This document shows, one piece after another, positions 50,701 to 60,000 of a stretch of 60,000 bases of DNA. The notes below the pieces were generated by a model. The model had not been told where the DNA came from and did not search any database. It was given only the letters and a program-made list of their open reading frames with translations. A program made the position numbers and the translations under genes. This stretch comes from Lytechinus pictus (lineage: Eukaryota). The stretch spans positions 39,806,001 through 39,866,000 of the forward strand of contig NC_087251.1 in NCBI RefSeq assembly GCF_037042905.1. The letters run 5' to 3'. How positions within the stretch are numbered: the first letter of the stretch is position 1; every line of letters starts with the position of its first letter.

Positions 50701-53700
50701 GGACACCACTATATTGAGTCCAGAATGGCTGAGACATCAAATTGGAACTGTTAGTCAGGTAGGGTCTTTAGATTGTGACAAATGAATGCACATTTGTGTA
50801 TATCAAAACATATCTTTAGATTTGGTAATTCCCCCAAGAGTTCATGTCGCTATTCCACTTTATTACAAGATTTTAAACATATATTTGCCCTCCCTAAAAC
50901 CATTACGATGTGAAAGATGTAAAATGAAAATGTGCTTTATTTGATAAATTTTGTGATTTTACATCAATATTTATTTATCAGGTGCCCATTAAAAATAGAA
51001 TGTATGAATCTTATTTTTATCCATAAAATAACTTCTCAAGCATGGAAAGGGTTAATAATAATAATGATAACGGTATATTTACCCAGGGTAGCCACTTCAG
51101 TTCCGAAAACTGTTCTCCCAGCAAGCCTTGCTATTATTTTACCCCGCTAAGCTAGGCTACCTATCAGGAGCACACAGCTTTTTGAGGAATGACTTCCAGC
51201 CGGTACCCATTTACCTCACCTGGGTCGAGTGCAGAACACTGGATGAATTCCTTGCTAAAGGAAATTACGCCATGGCTGGGATTTGAACCCAGGATCCTCT
51301 GTTTCAAAGTCCGGAGACTAATCCACTGGGCCACGATGCTCCACGTTGAAAGTTTCGGGATATACAGTGTCCCAACGAAGTATTTGTTCACTATACATTA
51401 ACAACAGATGAACCATGTCGGAAATTGAAAATTCTCAAGCTTAAAATCAGTTGAAATGTAGATCTTAAAGGTAAATTCCAGTTCTGGTAACAATCACAAA
51501 ATGACTTTTTACAGAATCTAATATAATGACCACCCAAGTGTCTGTTTGTATGAATAAAAAATATGTGCCAAAGGATTCTGGAAGAAATTGTGTAATTGCT
51601 GAGAAATAAGCAAAATAAGCGCGGATTCAGGTCTTTATTCCAGCAATAATAATACACTGTCCCACGTGTGCCTATCTATGTTGGCGATCTTCAGTGTGAT
51701 CGTATTTCAGCTTAGATTTTATGATTTCACAAAGTTCAGTTTGTGTAACTGTACCAGATCTAGATCCACGATGATATAGTCATACTTAACCTTGGTTTTA
51801 CAGACTTTCTCACGAAATTAGTGTTTTACTGCAACTACTTTCATTTAGCTTTAAAGGGAAAACCATCGCTTATCCTTTGCACCTAGTGCCAAATTCTGAT
51901 CAGTTATGGATGAATGATAATGAATCATTTTATGCAATGAAGCATATTTTCAGACCTTGCAATGGATGAAGCATAACAAGCATGCTTCAGTGATCATGAC
52001 TTTATTTCTCACTTATACAGTGGTCAAATTTTAATAATTAATAATAATAATATTCCGCATTTATATAGCGCTTAATACATCGGAACGACGTCTCTAAATG
52101 CTTTACAGACATATTACCCCGGTCATCGGATCCTTGCATGCCCGCATACAATGTATGCACCTTCTCCACTCCCTGGGGAGCATTCCAACAAGACTCAATT
52201 GCTAGGCATACTACATATAGGCTTTCACTTCCTACCGGTTACCCATTTAACACCTGGGTGGAGAGTGGCAAAGTGTGGATTAACGCCTTGCCAAAGGACG
52301 CTAGGCCATGGTGGGATTCGAACACACGACCCTCTGATTACAAGGCGAGAGTCAGAACCGCTACGCCATGACGCATTTAGAAGATAGTTGTGTAATATAT
52401 TCTTGATCTGGCCTGAATTTACATTGTCTTCGGTTGAAAGTCTATCTTGTTTAGTGATGGATTGTGATTTCAATCAAAAATAGCAATCATGCAAACCTCT
52501 TCAAGGCAGTAGTTGGTATTTTTCTTTATTTCACTTTGCAGGAGCCGACACTCTTTTCATGCAGTATCAGGGAGAACATATCCTATGGAGCTGTCGATCC
52601 AGATGACGTTTCCATGGAGATGATAGAGGAGGCGGCTAAGACAGCCAATGCCCACAACTTCATCAAATCATTCCCGAATCAGTATGAAACGGTTGTCGGA
52701 GAGAGGGGTCTCATGCTCTCGGGTATGTATCAGATATTATTATATTTATTGATATTGGCCCGTATTCTGAAGTCGGGTTTAACTTAGACCATGGTCTAAC
52801 TCTGTGCTAAAATTATGGGAAGCCAAAGGTTTCAAAACTTTCTTTACAGTGAATGCTTCTCATGTTAACTGTGCTCTTCACTAATTATTTGATGGTGAAG
52901 ACAATTGTCATACTTATCCTTCCCAGGCAGTTAATAATGTTTTGGGAGTCAAATGAGCTGGTACATTGAACCTCTACTGTTAGAGATTTATGTAACAACT
53001 GGCTTTCCATAGTTAAACCACAACTTAAAACCAGAGTTTAAATTAAACCAGACTTCAGAATACGGGCCATTACATTTTAGGTTCTCTTTCACTTATTCAA
53101 ATAATCCTTTGCTTATAATAACAAGGATAGGGATCCACAGCAATTTTCTTTGTGGGATTGAGGTCATTTATAGTCACTTATTCAGAGTTCGTCCAAGATG
53201 GCCTCTCAAGAAGCGTTTAATGCTTATTTGGCAGGGCAATTTGAAAATGCCAACCTGTACCGGCTGCACAGAATCTTAGAATAACAATGTGCTAACAGAG
53301 GCCCTTTGACCACTAATAATGTCGTAGTGAAGCCTGATATCACAACGTGTTATTTAATCTTGGATCAACTTTGACATCACAATCCTAAAGATGTGACTAG
53401 GCTTAATGTTAGTGCTCTTTTAGCACTAATGTTGTTGCCGTGCAACTGATACTGTACACTATGCCGAATGATATCTTCTTGGCACTCATGTCGCACATGT
53501 TGGTGTCTTTGAATAGCCCTACCAGATAGGCCTTGTGAGCTTCGTGACAGATTAAGTCATTTCTGTGTTGGATTGAGATTTTTTTTTTATTCACTATTAC
53601 ATTGTGATATGTTGATTAATACCATGTTTGCAATCTCATATTTTACATTTTTTATAGTGAACAAAGAGCTATCAGTGAACTATTTTCTGAGATTGTTGTT

Positions 53701-55815
53701 CCAGCCTTAGTACAATTGTTGACATCTTCCTCAAATCTTCATATAACCCTTACCCTACACCCAACCCCTCTGGAGTAGAATTTCGATTCGTGATTGTGAT
53801 TAGCGTTCGTGATTCTCGTTTGGTTTCACATGTGCTAAAAATTTGTCATTAGCCTTATTGTTCACTGGAATCATCATTCAAATCACGATTTTTTTTTTCC
53901 GTGTGAAAGGGCGGGTAGAGAACTCTTTGTAGGTTTTAAAAAAAAGTCTCTTGAATCATTACTCTAAAAAAAAAAATTATCAGCTTCTTCAAAATATTTG
54001 AATTTAGAGAGAAGAGATTCTAACAGCCCACCAGTGATAATGTATTCAACAAGACTTTCATGTAATACTGTATTGTTGATGACAGAGGTAGACATTCCTG
54101 CTGTGTATATTACAATATGAAATGAACATGCAAGTTATGAAATTACAAAATTAGATGAAATTGACTTTCCAAGTGCAAAATTCTTGAGCTCTGCAAGAGA
54201 GGTGAAATTGACAAGAAATTCTTTCTATCACACCATGAAATATACTACGTATTGGTAAACAAGTTGGAATGCAACTTTGTGCAGTGTTATTCTCTCCTTT
54301 TAGAGAAATATGCATGAGTAATGAGTTTTCTAATCAAACTATTTTTCTTTATTAATTTCCTTTTCTTTATCTTCTATTTTGCTTCGTAATTTTTTTTCCC
54401 GGTGTTGTCAGGTGGTCAAAGACAAAGAATAGCCTTGGCTAGAGCAGTACTGAAGAATCCTAAAATATTACTTTTAGATGAAGCTACAAGGTATTAATTT
54501 TGTTTTAATATTCAATTTTACATGATATGATTTAATGTAGATTGAAATCCTTGCACATGTACAGTTTTTAATTTGAATCAACAGTTAAGATACAAGTCTC
54601 ACCCTTGGGGTTTTATATATTTTTGAGCAAAATTAATTCAAGATTGAACATATTTCTAGAAAAAATGATGGCTTCTTTTTATGAATTATTTAGCATTTTT
54701 AGTTTTGAAAATGAGAACAGTGTAATCTCTCATGGAATATGTTTATAATTCTGAAATAAATATTGATTTTTAGATGTGAAATTTCATCATTGTTGTCTTT
54801 TTTCCCCATGAGATCATTTTATGATTTTTGTATTTGATATATTGTGTTTTTCTTCAAATTTTGCATTCAGTTTCATAAATCTGCTCTTTATCTTTATTGA
54901 TATAAAAATCAATGTTATTTCAATTCTTTAAAACTTCTCTCTATTGGTGGAATATATGATTTAACTAATGGCATTGACCCATAGATTGCAATCAAATAAA
55001 TGCACAAAATATGTCAAAATGTACAACATACATGTACATGAAGAATCCTTAATAATATAAACATTATCTTTAGTGGGCCATTTTTCTCATGAATTCTGTA
55101 ATCTGATTGATTGATTTGTTTGTGAGACAAACCCGTATTTACCTATTTACTTGGTCACAAAGATCAAACAGGTAATATACGCCCACATCACCTTCTTGGT
55201 GTTTACATGTAGCTGTTGTTGTTTTAATATTGTTTTCATTGTTACACGCATGCCCAGTGCTGATTTCAACCTTGTAATATGAAACCGTATTCAAGCATGG
55301 CGCCGCACATTACTATTTGCGCATTAATTTCAATGGCAAAATGCACATTCTTTTTATTGTGATCATTGTGATGACTTCCTTTCAAAAATCACTCTCAAAA
55401 TGCAGGGTTTTGCATTTTTCTTTAGTTCTAACTTCTATTCTATTGATTTCCCTTATTCTGCAATAATAAAGGATACACTTAAAGTGATAAAATCGTTACA
55501 CCCTGCTTGTTCTTATGAAATACAGGAAATATCTAGCCCTTGCTAGTAATTATTTTTATCCACCGTTTTCTCTCTATCTTTGACAGTGCCTTAGATGCCG
55601 AGAGTGAGTATCTGGTCCAGGAAGCCCTTGAGAGGTTGATGGTTGGGAGGACAGTCATCACCATCGCCCATCGCTTGTCAACCATCAAGAACGCAGACAT
55701 GATAGCCGTCCTGGATTCTGGTCGGATCGCAGAGACGGGTGCGTACGAGGAGCTGATGAGGATACCAGACGGGTTGTTCAGGAAACTGGTAGAGCGGCAA
55801 ACTGTCATGAACTGA
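38317..55815 (+). CDS. ABCB10: ATP-binding cassette subfamily B member 10, mitochondrial half-transporter, complete 12-exon CDS (713 aa)
   Basis: join(38317-38746,39035-39250,40439-40641,43213-43347,45061-45207,46569-46704,48386-48481,49977-50186,50679-50758,52542-52722,54412-54490,55587-55815) = 2142 nt in frame. Arg/Ser-rich presequence-like N-terminus; [48 protein letters not shown]; Walker [10 protein letters not shown]-loop [13 protein letters not shown]; Walker [20 protein letters not shown]. Confidence 0.96.
39035..39250 (+). CDS. ABCB10: ABCB10 coding exon 2
   Basis: (V)[24 protein letters not shown]...[13 protein letters not shown]. Confidence 0.93.
40272..40384 (+). pseudogene. Degenerate tandem duplicate of the ABCB10 exon 3 acceptor and 5' part (pseudo-exon)
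   Basis: taacctttgacctttaacctttag|GTCAGCTAATCATCAAACAGCTGAG... parallels taacctttgaccttttaaccttcag|GTCAAAGAATCATCAAACGACTGAG... about 143 nt downstream; 2-nt frameshift. Confidence 0.85.
40439..40641 (+). CDS. ABCB10: ABCB10 coding exon 3
   Basis: (G)[38 protein letters not shown]...GGIGMM. Confidence 0.95.
41135..41888 (+). mobile_element. HINE-like element, 5' truncated
   Basis: Same tandem units and 3' end GCAGGCGAGACTGCCAGAGG...CCACTTGTT; a further fragment lies at ~37790-38062. Confidence 0.8.
42906..43181 (+). mobile_element. tRNA-derived SINE ending ~30 nt upstream of ABCB10 exon 4
   Basis: Same head and core as 10226; tail matches the 23011 copy. Confidence 0.88.
43213..43347 (+). 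CDS. ABCB10: ABCB10 coding exon 4
   Basis: [45 protein letters not shown]. Confidence 0.94.
45061..45207 (+). CDS. ABCB10: ABCB10 coding exon 5
   Basis: [22 protein letters not shown]...[12 protein letters not shown]. Confidence 0.95.
45807..46068. mobile_element. PIF/Harbinger-like MITE (truncated relative at ~2812-3030)
   Basis: gggccccaccttacaaagagtt / aactctttgtaagacgggccc. Confidence 0.75.
46569..46704 (+). CDS. ABCB10: ABCB10 coding exon 6
   Basis: [45 protein letters not shown]. Confidence 0.95.
46951..47981. mobile_element. TTAA-flanked Kolobok-like MITE containing a nested piggyBac-like MITE (46986-47761)
   Basis: Outer TTAA|AGGGATAGTATAGGCTGAAA...TTTCAGCCCGGACCATCCCT|TTAA; inner TTAA|CCCTCAATCTCCCGGG...CCCGGGAGAATTAGGG|TTAA; partial relative of the inner element ends at ~13272. 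Confidence 0.8.
48386..48481 (+). CDS. ABCB10: ABCB10 coding exon 7
   Basis: (G)[31 protein letters not shown]. Confidence 0.95.
48556..49856. mobile_element. Tc1/mariner-like non-autonomous element with long degenerate TIRs
   Basis: agtgcgtaaaaaaaaaatgggacag...gtctataaa / tttatagac...ctgtcccgttttttttatacgcactg|ta; inverted similarity extends ~300 bp. Confidence 0.7.
49977..50186 (+). CDS. ABCB10: ABCB10 coding exon 8 (Walker A)
   Basis: [13 protein letters not shown]...[25 protein letters not shown]. Confidence 0.95.
50679..50758 (+). CDS. ABCB10: ABCB10 coding exon 9 (Q-loop)
   Basis: (G)[26 protein letters not shown]. Confidence 0.94.
51053..51344 (-). mobile_element. tRNA-derived SINE with a different 3' tail
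   Basis: Same head and core as 10226; unrelated tail ending in (TTA)n. Confidence 0.85.
51469..51850. mobile_element. TTAA-flanked MITE (Kolobok-like)
   Basis: TTAA|AGGTAAATTCCAGTT...AACTACTTTCATTTAGCT|TTAA. Confidence 0.75.
52033..52375 (-). mobile_element. Second tRNA-derived SINE family
   Basis: Minus strand TGGCGTAGCGG (A box), GTTCGAATCC (B box), CACCCAGGTGTTAAATGGGTAACC core, (TTA)n tail; tail fragment also at ~44270-44403. Confidence 0.85.
52542..52722 (+). CDS. ABCB10: ABCB10 coding exon 10
   Basis: [17 protein letters not shown]...[13 protein letters not shown]. Confidence 0.95.
52757..53068. mobile_element. PIF/Harbinger-like MITE
   Basis: GGCCCGTATTCTGAAGTC / GACTTCAGAATACGGGCC with a 3-bp TSD ATT. 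Confidence 0.88.
53183..53269 (+). pseudogene. Histone H3 fragment (histone-fold alpha2 region), degenerate
   Basis: [29 protein letters not shown] vs H3 [29 protein letters not shown]: 17/29 identical, ungapped. Confidence 0.8.
53472..53546 (-). pseudogene. Second histone H3 fragment, opposite orientation
   Basis: [22 protein letters not shown] vs H3 [22 protein letters not shown]: 15/22 identical, ungapped. Confidence 0.82.
54412..54490 (+). CDS. ABCB10: ABCB10 coding exon 11 (signature and Walker B)
   Basis: (G)[25 protein letters not shown](S). Confidence 0.95.
55587..55815 (+). CDS. ABCB10: ABCB10 terminal coding exon (D-loop, H-loop)
   Basis: [37 protein letters not shown]...[12 protein letters not shown]. 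Confidence 0.95.
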
Positions 55816-57167
55816 TGCTGTTCTACAATGGTTGGAATCGGTAATCGAGGCCGGTATCAGGGCCAGATTTAGCCAGCCTTGTCCTTTGCCATGGCCTTGG
55901 TTGGAGTCGCGTATACAAAGTCTTTCGTAGAGGTTATTCTCAAGCGGCCTTGTGACTTAGGAAGTACCGGCCTCGACTACATCCCTGGTCCTAGACCTCA
56001 CAACAATGACTGTAGATGCACACCTACGAGAGCACAATGGAAATCTTAACCAAAGAATTTCAAAAGCTGTTGGAACAGTAGACAATCATGGACTACAGCT
56101 CCTTATTACAACAGAGTAGGTATAGAGGCCAGTAATAAAAGCTAGACAGTACTTCTTTCTGATGCAATTTCCAACATGGTGTAAGATAATGATTTTTTTT
56201 TATGTACCCTGTACAATTTTCTATCCATAATGTATGGGATTGAGAAATTTTGATTAATCATGTCACAATATGGGAAGAATTCTCAAATTTCCATTGAATG
56301 GATTTAGCATTAGACATTGTTAAATGATGAGATTGATGCACTTATGTACATGTAATATGAAATTTATGTTAAGGTCTCAAGAAAACTACATTTAGGATTT
56401 GAAGTTTTTAATTAGTTAGAGCACAATTACTAGACCTTGGTCGAGTTGCAGACGTAAGAAAAAAAAACATCAAGTGAAAATTCTGAAGGAAAATGGAGCA
56501 TGGGCAAAAAATCTATTGTAGACATTTATATGTACAGTTGGGGCTAGAAGTTAACATACCTCCAGGAAATTAAATGCAAATTGGTCACATGCCAAACACC
56601 ATAAAATTTACCTTATTTATCAGAAATATTGGTAGTACCATGACAAATTTGGTATCAAATAACAGAGCTTATAAAGTACTTCGCATGAATGGGGATGTGA
56701 TGGGACTTTATTGTTAGGTGGAATTTTCTATCCAGAAAATCTAGTAATGTTTATGCCAAATTTATGTTATTATTAAGTCAATATATTTTCAAACAATATC
56801 AATTACCAATATAAAAATGTTAAAACCTATGATTGATATTACGTTGTGTATCATGATATGTCACCACCAAACAAAAGGTATAACCTGGTGGGTGTTTCAT
56901 AGAGCTGTTCATAAGTAACAAACAACTTAACAAACGACTGGTGATCCTATACAACAAATTTACATTGATGTTAATTTAGCACCTAAGCAAGGGTCACTTT
57001 CATAAGTTATGAGCGACTTAATGAATGACTGTTCATTAAGTTGCTCGTAACTTGTGATTAGCTTTATGAAACACCTTCCTGAAATGTTTGTGCTAAGAAA
57101 TTACAAGCACAAATATGAACTGTTTTGGCCAAGATTTTTAAAATGTTTTTCTAAAACTTCAGATTTT

Positions 57168-57966
57168 TGTCACACCTGCATAGCAGAGTGAGACTATAGG
57201 CACCGCTTTTCCGTCAGCGGCGGCAGCATCAACATCAAATCTTAACCGAAGATTAAGTTTTTGAAATGACAGCATAACTTAGAAAGTATATTGACCTAGT
57301 TCATGAAACTTGGACGTAAGGTTAATTAAGTATTACTGAACATCCTGCCTGAGTTTCAGGTCACATACCAATGTCAAAGGTCATTTAGGGTCAATGAACT
57401 TAGACTATGTTGGGGGATCAAGATCAAAATCTTAACTTAAGGTTAAGTTTTTGAAATTTCGTCATAACTTTGAAAGTATATAAATTATATGGACCTAGTT
57501 CATGAAACTTGACCATAAGGGTAATCAAGTATTACTGAACATCCTGAAATTTTGTCATAACTTTGAAAGTATATGGACCTAGTTCATGAAACTTGGACAT
57601 AAGAGTAATCAAGTATCACTGAACATCATGTGCTAGTTTCAGGTCACATAACCAAAGTCAATGGTCATTAATTTAAGGTCAATGAACTTTGGCCATGCTG
57701 GAGGTAATTATTAAATTGCTGTCATAACTTTCAAAGTTTATGGATATAGTTTATGAAATGTGGATATTAGGGGTAATCAAGTATCACTGACAAGTCTTAG
57801 GTCGCATGATCAAGTTTAAATATCATTTAGGGTCAATTAACGTAGTATTGTATCATAATATGATTTGTGTTTTTTGTGATTATTTTATAGTAGTTTTCAA
57901 AGTCAGCACTGCTGCTATATTGAATCGCATAATGGAGGTGAGACTGCCAGAGGCACTCCACTTGTT
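57168..57966 (+). mobile_element. HINE-like element, full length
   Basis: Same 5' hairpin, (GGC)n, tandem units and 3' end as the 13940 copy. Confidence 0.85.
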
Positions 57967-59295
57967 GGGTAAAGTTGATAAAATTTCCTGATGATATGTC
58001 AATGTGATGATAGAGCAGAATGAAATAATTTGTTTTGATACCATATTTTTCATGATAGCACATATATATTTTTTTTAGAATAGTCAATTTTATGATGTTT
58101 GGCAAGTGTACAATTGTCATAGAATTTTCTGGGGGCCCTACTGTACTGTAGGTGTTACAAAGAATTTATTTTTTTGTGGAATACTCAATTTAAAAGAGAA
58201 ATGGTGAGAACATGCCCAGCGTTTTTTCAAGAAATGTGGAGAATTGATTTTAATAGATTTATTATGGGATTACATGTATGTTATGACGTTCAGCTAAAAT
58301 AGAGTTATGCAGAAAATATTTGTAGAAAAAGTGTATACATATAATTGAATAGGGAAATTAAGATCAACTAATTGAAATATATTAAGCATAGAAAAAACAA
58401 TATGTTTAGTTATTATTTTTCATTATAAAATTAACAAATATAGACTGAGATTATTGGCATTGTTGCATCTGGTATGAAATAAGATTTAGAATCGTGTGTG
58501 ATAAGATAAATTCTTCTGACATGTATATATCATCAATGCAACTCATTTTCTGAAATTACAATTAGTATTTGTTTTGTTGTTGTTGAATTTCAAATTGCAA
58601 TATAAAAAAAAGAAGGAATGAGACATAGATTATACAATAATGAACTTTTGGGCCAAACTGTCATTTTACATAATATGATATGATAAAGTGACAGCATTCT
58701 CATTTATTATATTTTTTGCATGCATTTTGTAATGAATAATGCTACACGATACTGTATCATAGTCCAAATAACTACACAATATGCACTTATGAATATTCTA
58801 TTGAGTTGCAATAACTAGAATGAGCTTTTAACTGTGATGATGTAAACATTAACAAGTATTGCTTGCATTTGACTCGGACTGTATTTTCGAAGCAATTTGC
58901 CACTATTCTCTCTTTAAAGTGCATAGAGAATATCAAGCCTCTGTCTTTCATGTTTTTTTATAGTTTCTTAGATTGAGATAATACATGTATGTAGTGAGCT
59001 CACCATTAACAACTGATTGCGATCATCAGGTTAAGAAGTAAATTGAAATATGTTTGATACAAAATATCCCTACATTCAAAACTTACAAAAGCAGTAACCT
59101 GTATCGTAATTTGATTTAAGCACTTTACAAGGCTTTTTTTTCATACTGTTTTGATAATAGAATTCAGTATTTGCCTACAATTTGGAGAAGTGGGAAAGGA
59201 AATAAATCTTTGATTATGATGACCAGAATAACACAATTATCTGAAATTTTGGAGTTTGGATGCCAAGGTGTAGGGAAGAATAGTGGCAACATTTT

Positions 59296-60000
59296 TGTCT
59301 CGCCTGCATAGCAGAGCTAGACTATATATAGGTGCCGCTTTTCCGACGGCGGCGCCGCTGCGGCGTCAACACTAAAATCTTAACCAAGGCATAAAAAAAA
59401 TATATATATCATCATAACTTGAAAAATATATGGACCTAGTTCATGAAACTGAGACATAAGGGTAATCGCGTATTACTGAACATCATGCCTGTGTTTCAGG
59501 TCACATGACCAAGGTCAAAGGTCATTTAGGGTCAATGAACTTCAACCATGTTGGGGGAATCAATATCGAAATCTTAATCTAAGGTTAAGTTTTTTAAATG
59601 TCATCATAACTTAGAAAGTATATGAGCCTAGTTCATAAAACTTGGACATAAGTGTTATCAAGTATTGCTGAACATCCTGTGCAAGTTTCAGGTCCCATGA
59701 CCAAGGTCAAAGGTCATTAAGGTCAAAGAACTTTGGCCATGTTGTAGGTTATTGTTGAATTGCCATCATAACGTTGAAAGTTTATGGATATACATGTAGT
59801 TAATGAAATGTGGACATAGGGGTAAACCAGTATCGTTGCTCATCTCGCACAAGTTGTAGGTCACTTGATCAAGGTCAAATGTCATTTAAGGTCAATGAAA
59901 GTAGTAGCATATCATATGAATGGTGTTTTTTGTGAATAATTATTGTATAGTCACTTGCAAAGTCAGCACTGCTGCTATATTGAATTGCGTAATGCAGGCG
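59296..60000 (+). mobile_element. HINE-like element running off the window end
   Basis: TGTCTCGCCTGCATAGCAGAG... to ...AATGCAGGCG at the window edge. Confidence 0.85.

Overview
AT-rich, intron-rich eukaryotic DNA. It is most likely from an invertebrate deuterostome such as a sea urchin; this is inferred from repeat types and gene structure, not proven. Three spliced protein-coding genes were rebuilt by hand from GT-AG boundaries with consistent phases: the 3' ten coding exons of a SNX5/6-type sorting nexin (+, 3677-15486), a complete EAPP gene (-, 31542-24493, 4 coding exons, 357 aa) and a complete ABCB10-type mitochondrial ABC half-transporter (+, 38317-55815, 12 coding exons, 713 aa). Introns and intergenic DNA are full of non-autonomous transposons, often nested: Helentron-associated (DINE-1/Pearl/Tsp-like) elements with internal tandem arrays, tRNA-derived SINEs, and TTAA-, 3-bp- and 8-bp-TSD MITEs. 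No CRISPR array, rRNA or intact tRNA was seen. Main oddities: inverted, degenerate histone H3 fragments in an ABCB10 intron; the SNX6-EAPP neighbourhood; a Penelope-type hammerhead relic; a duplicated ABCB10 pseudo-exon; a nested ~0.9 kb fold-back in EAPP intron 1; DR1 (AGGTCA-A-AGGTCA) arrays carried by a repeat family; and two unexplained ~0.7 kb orphan segments. I cannot claim a new biological system from the sequence alone.
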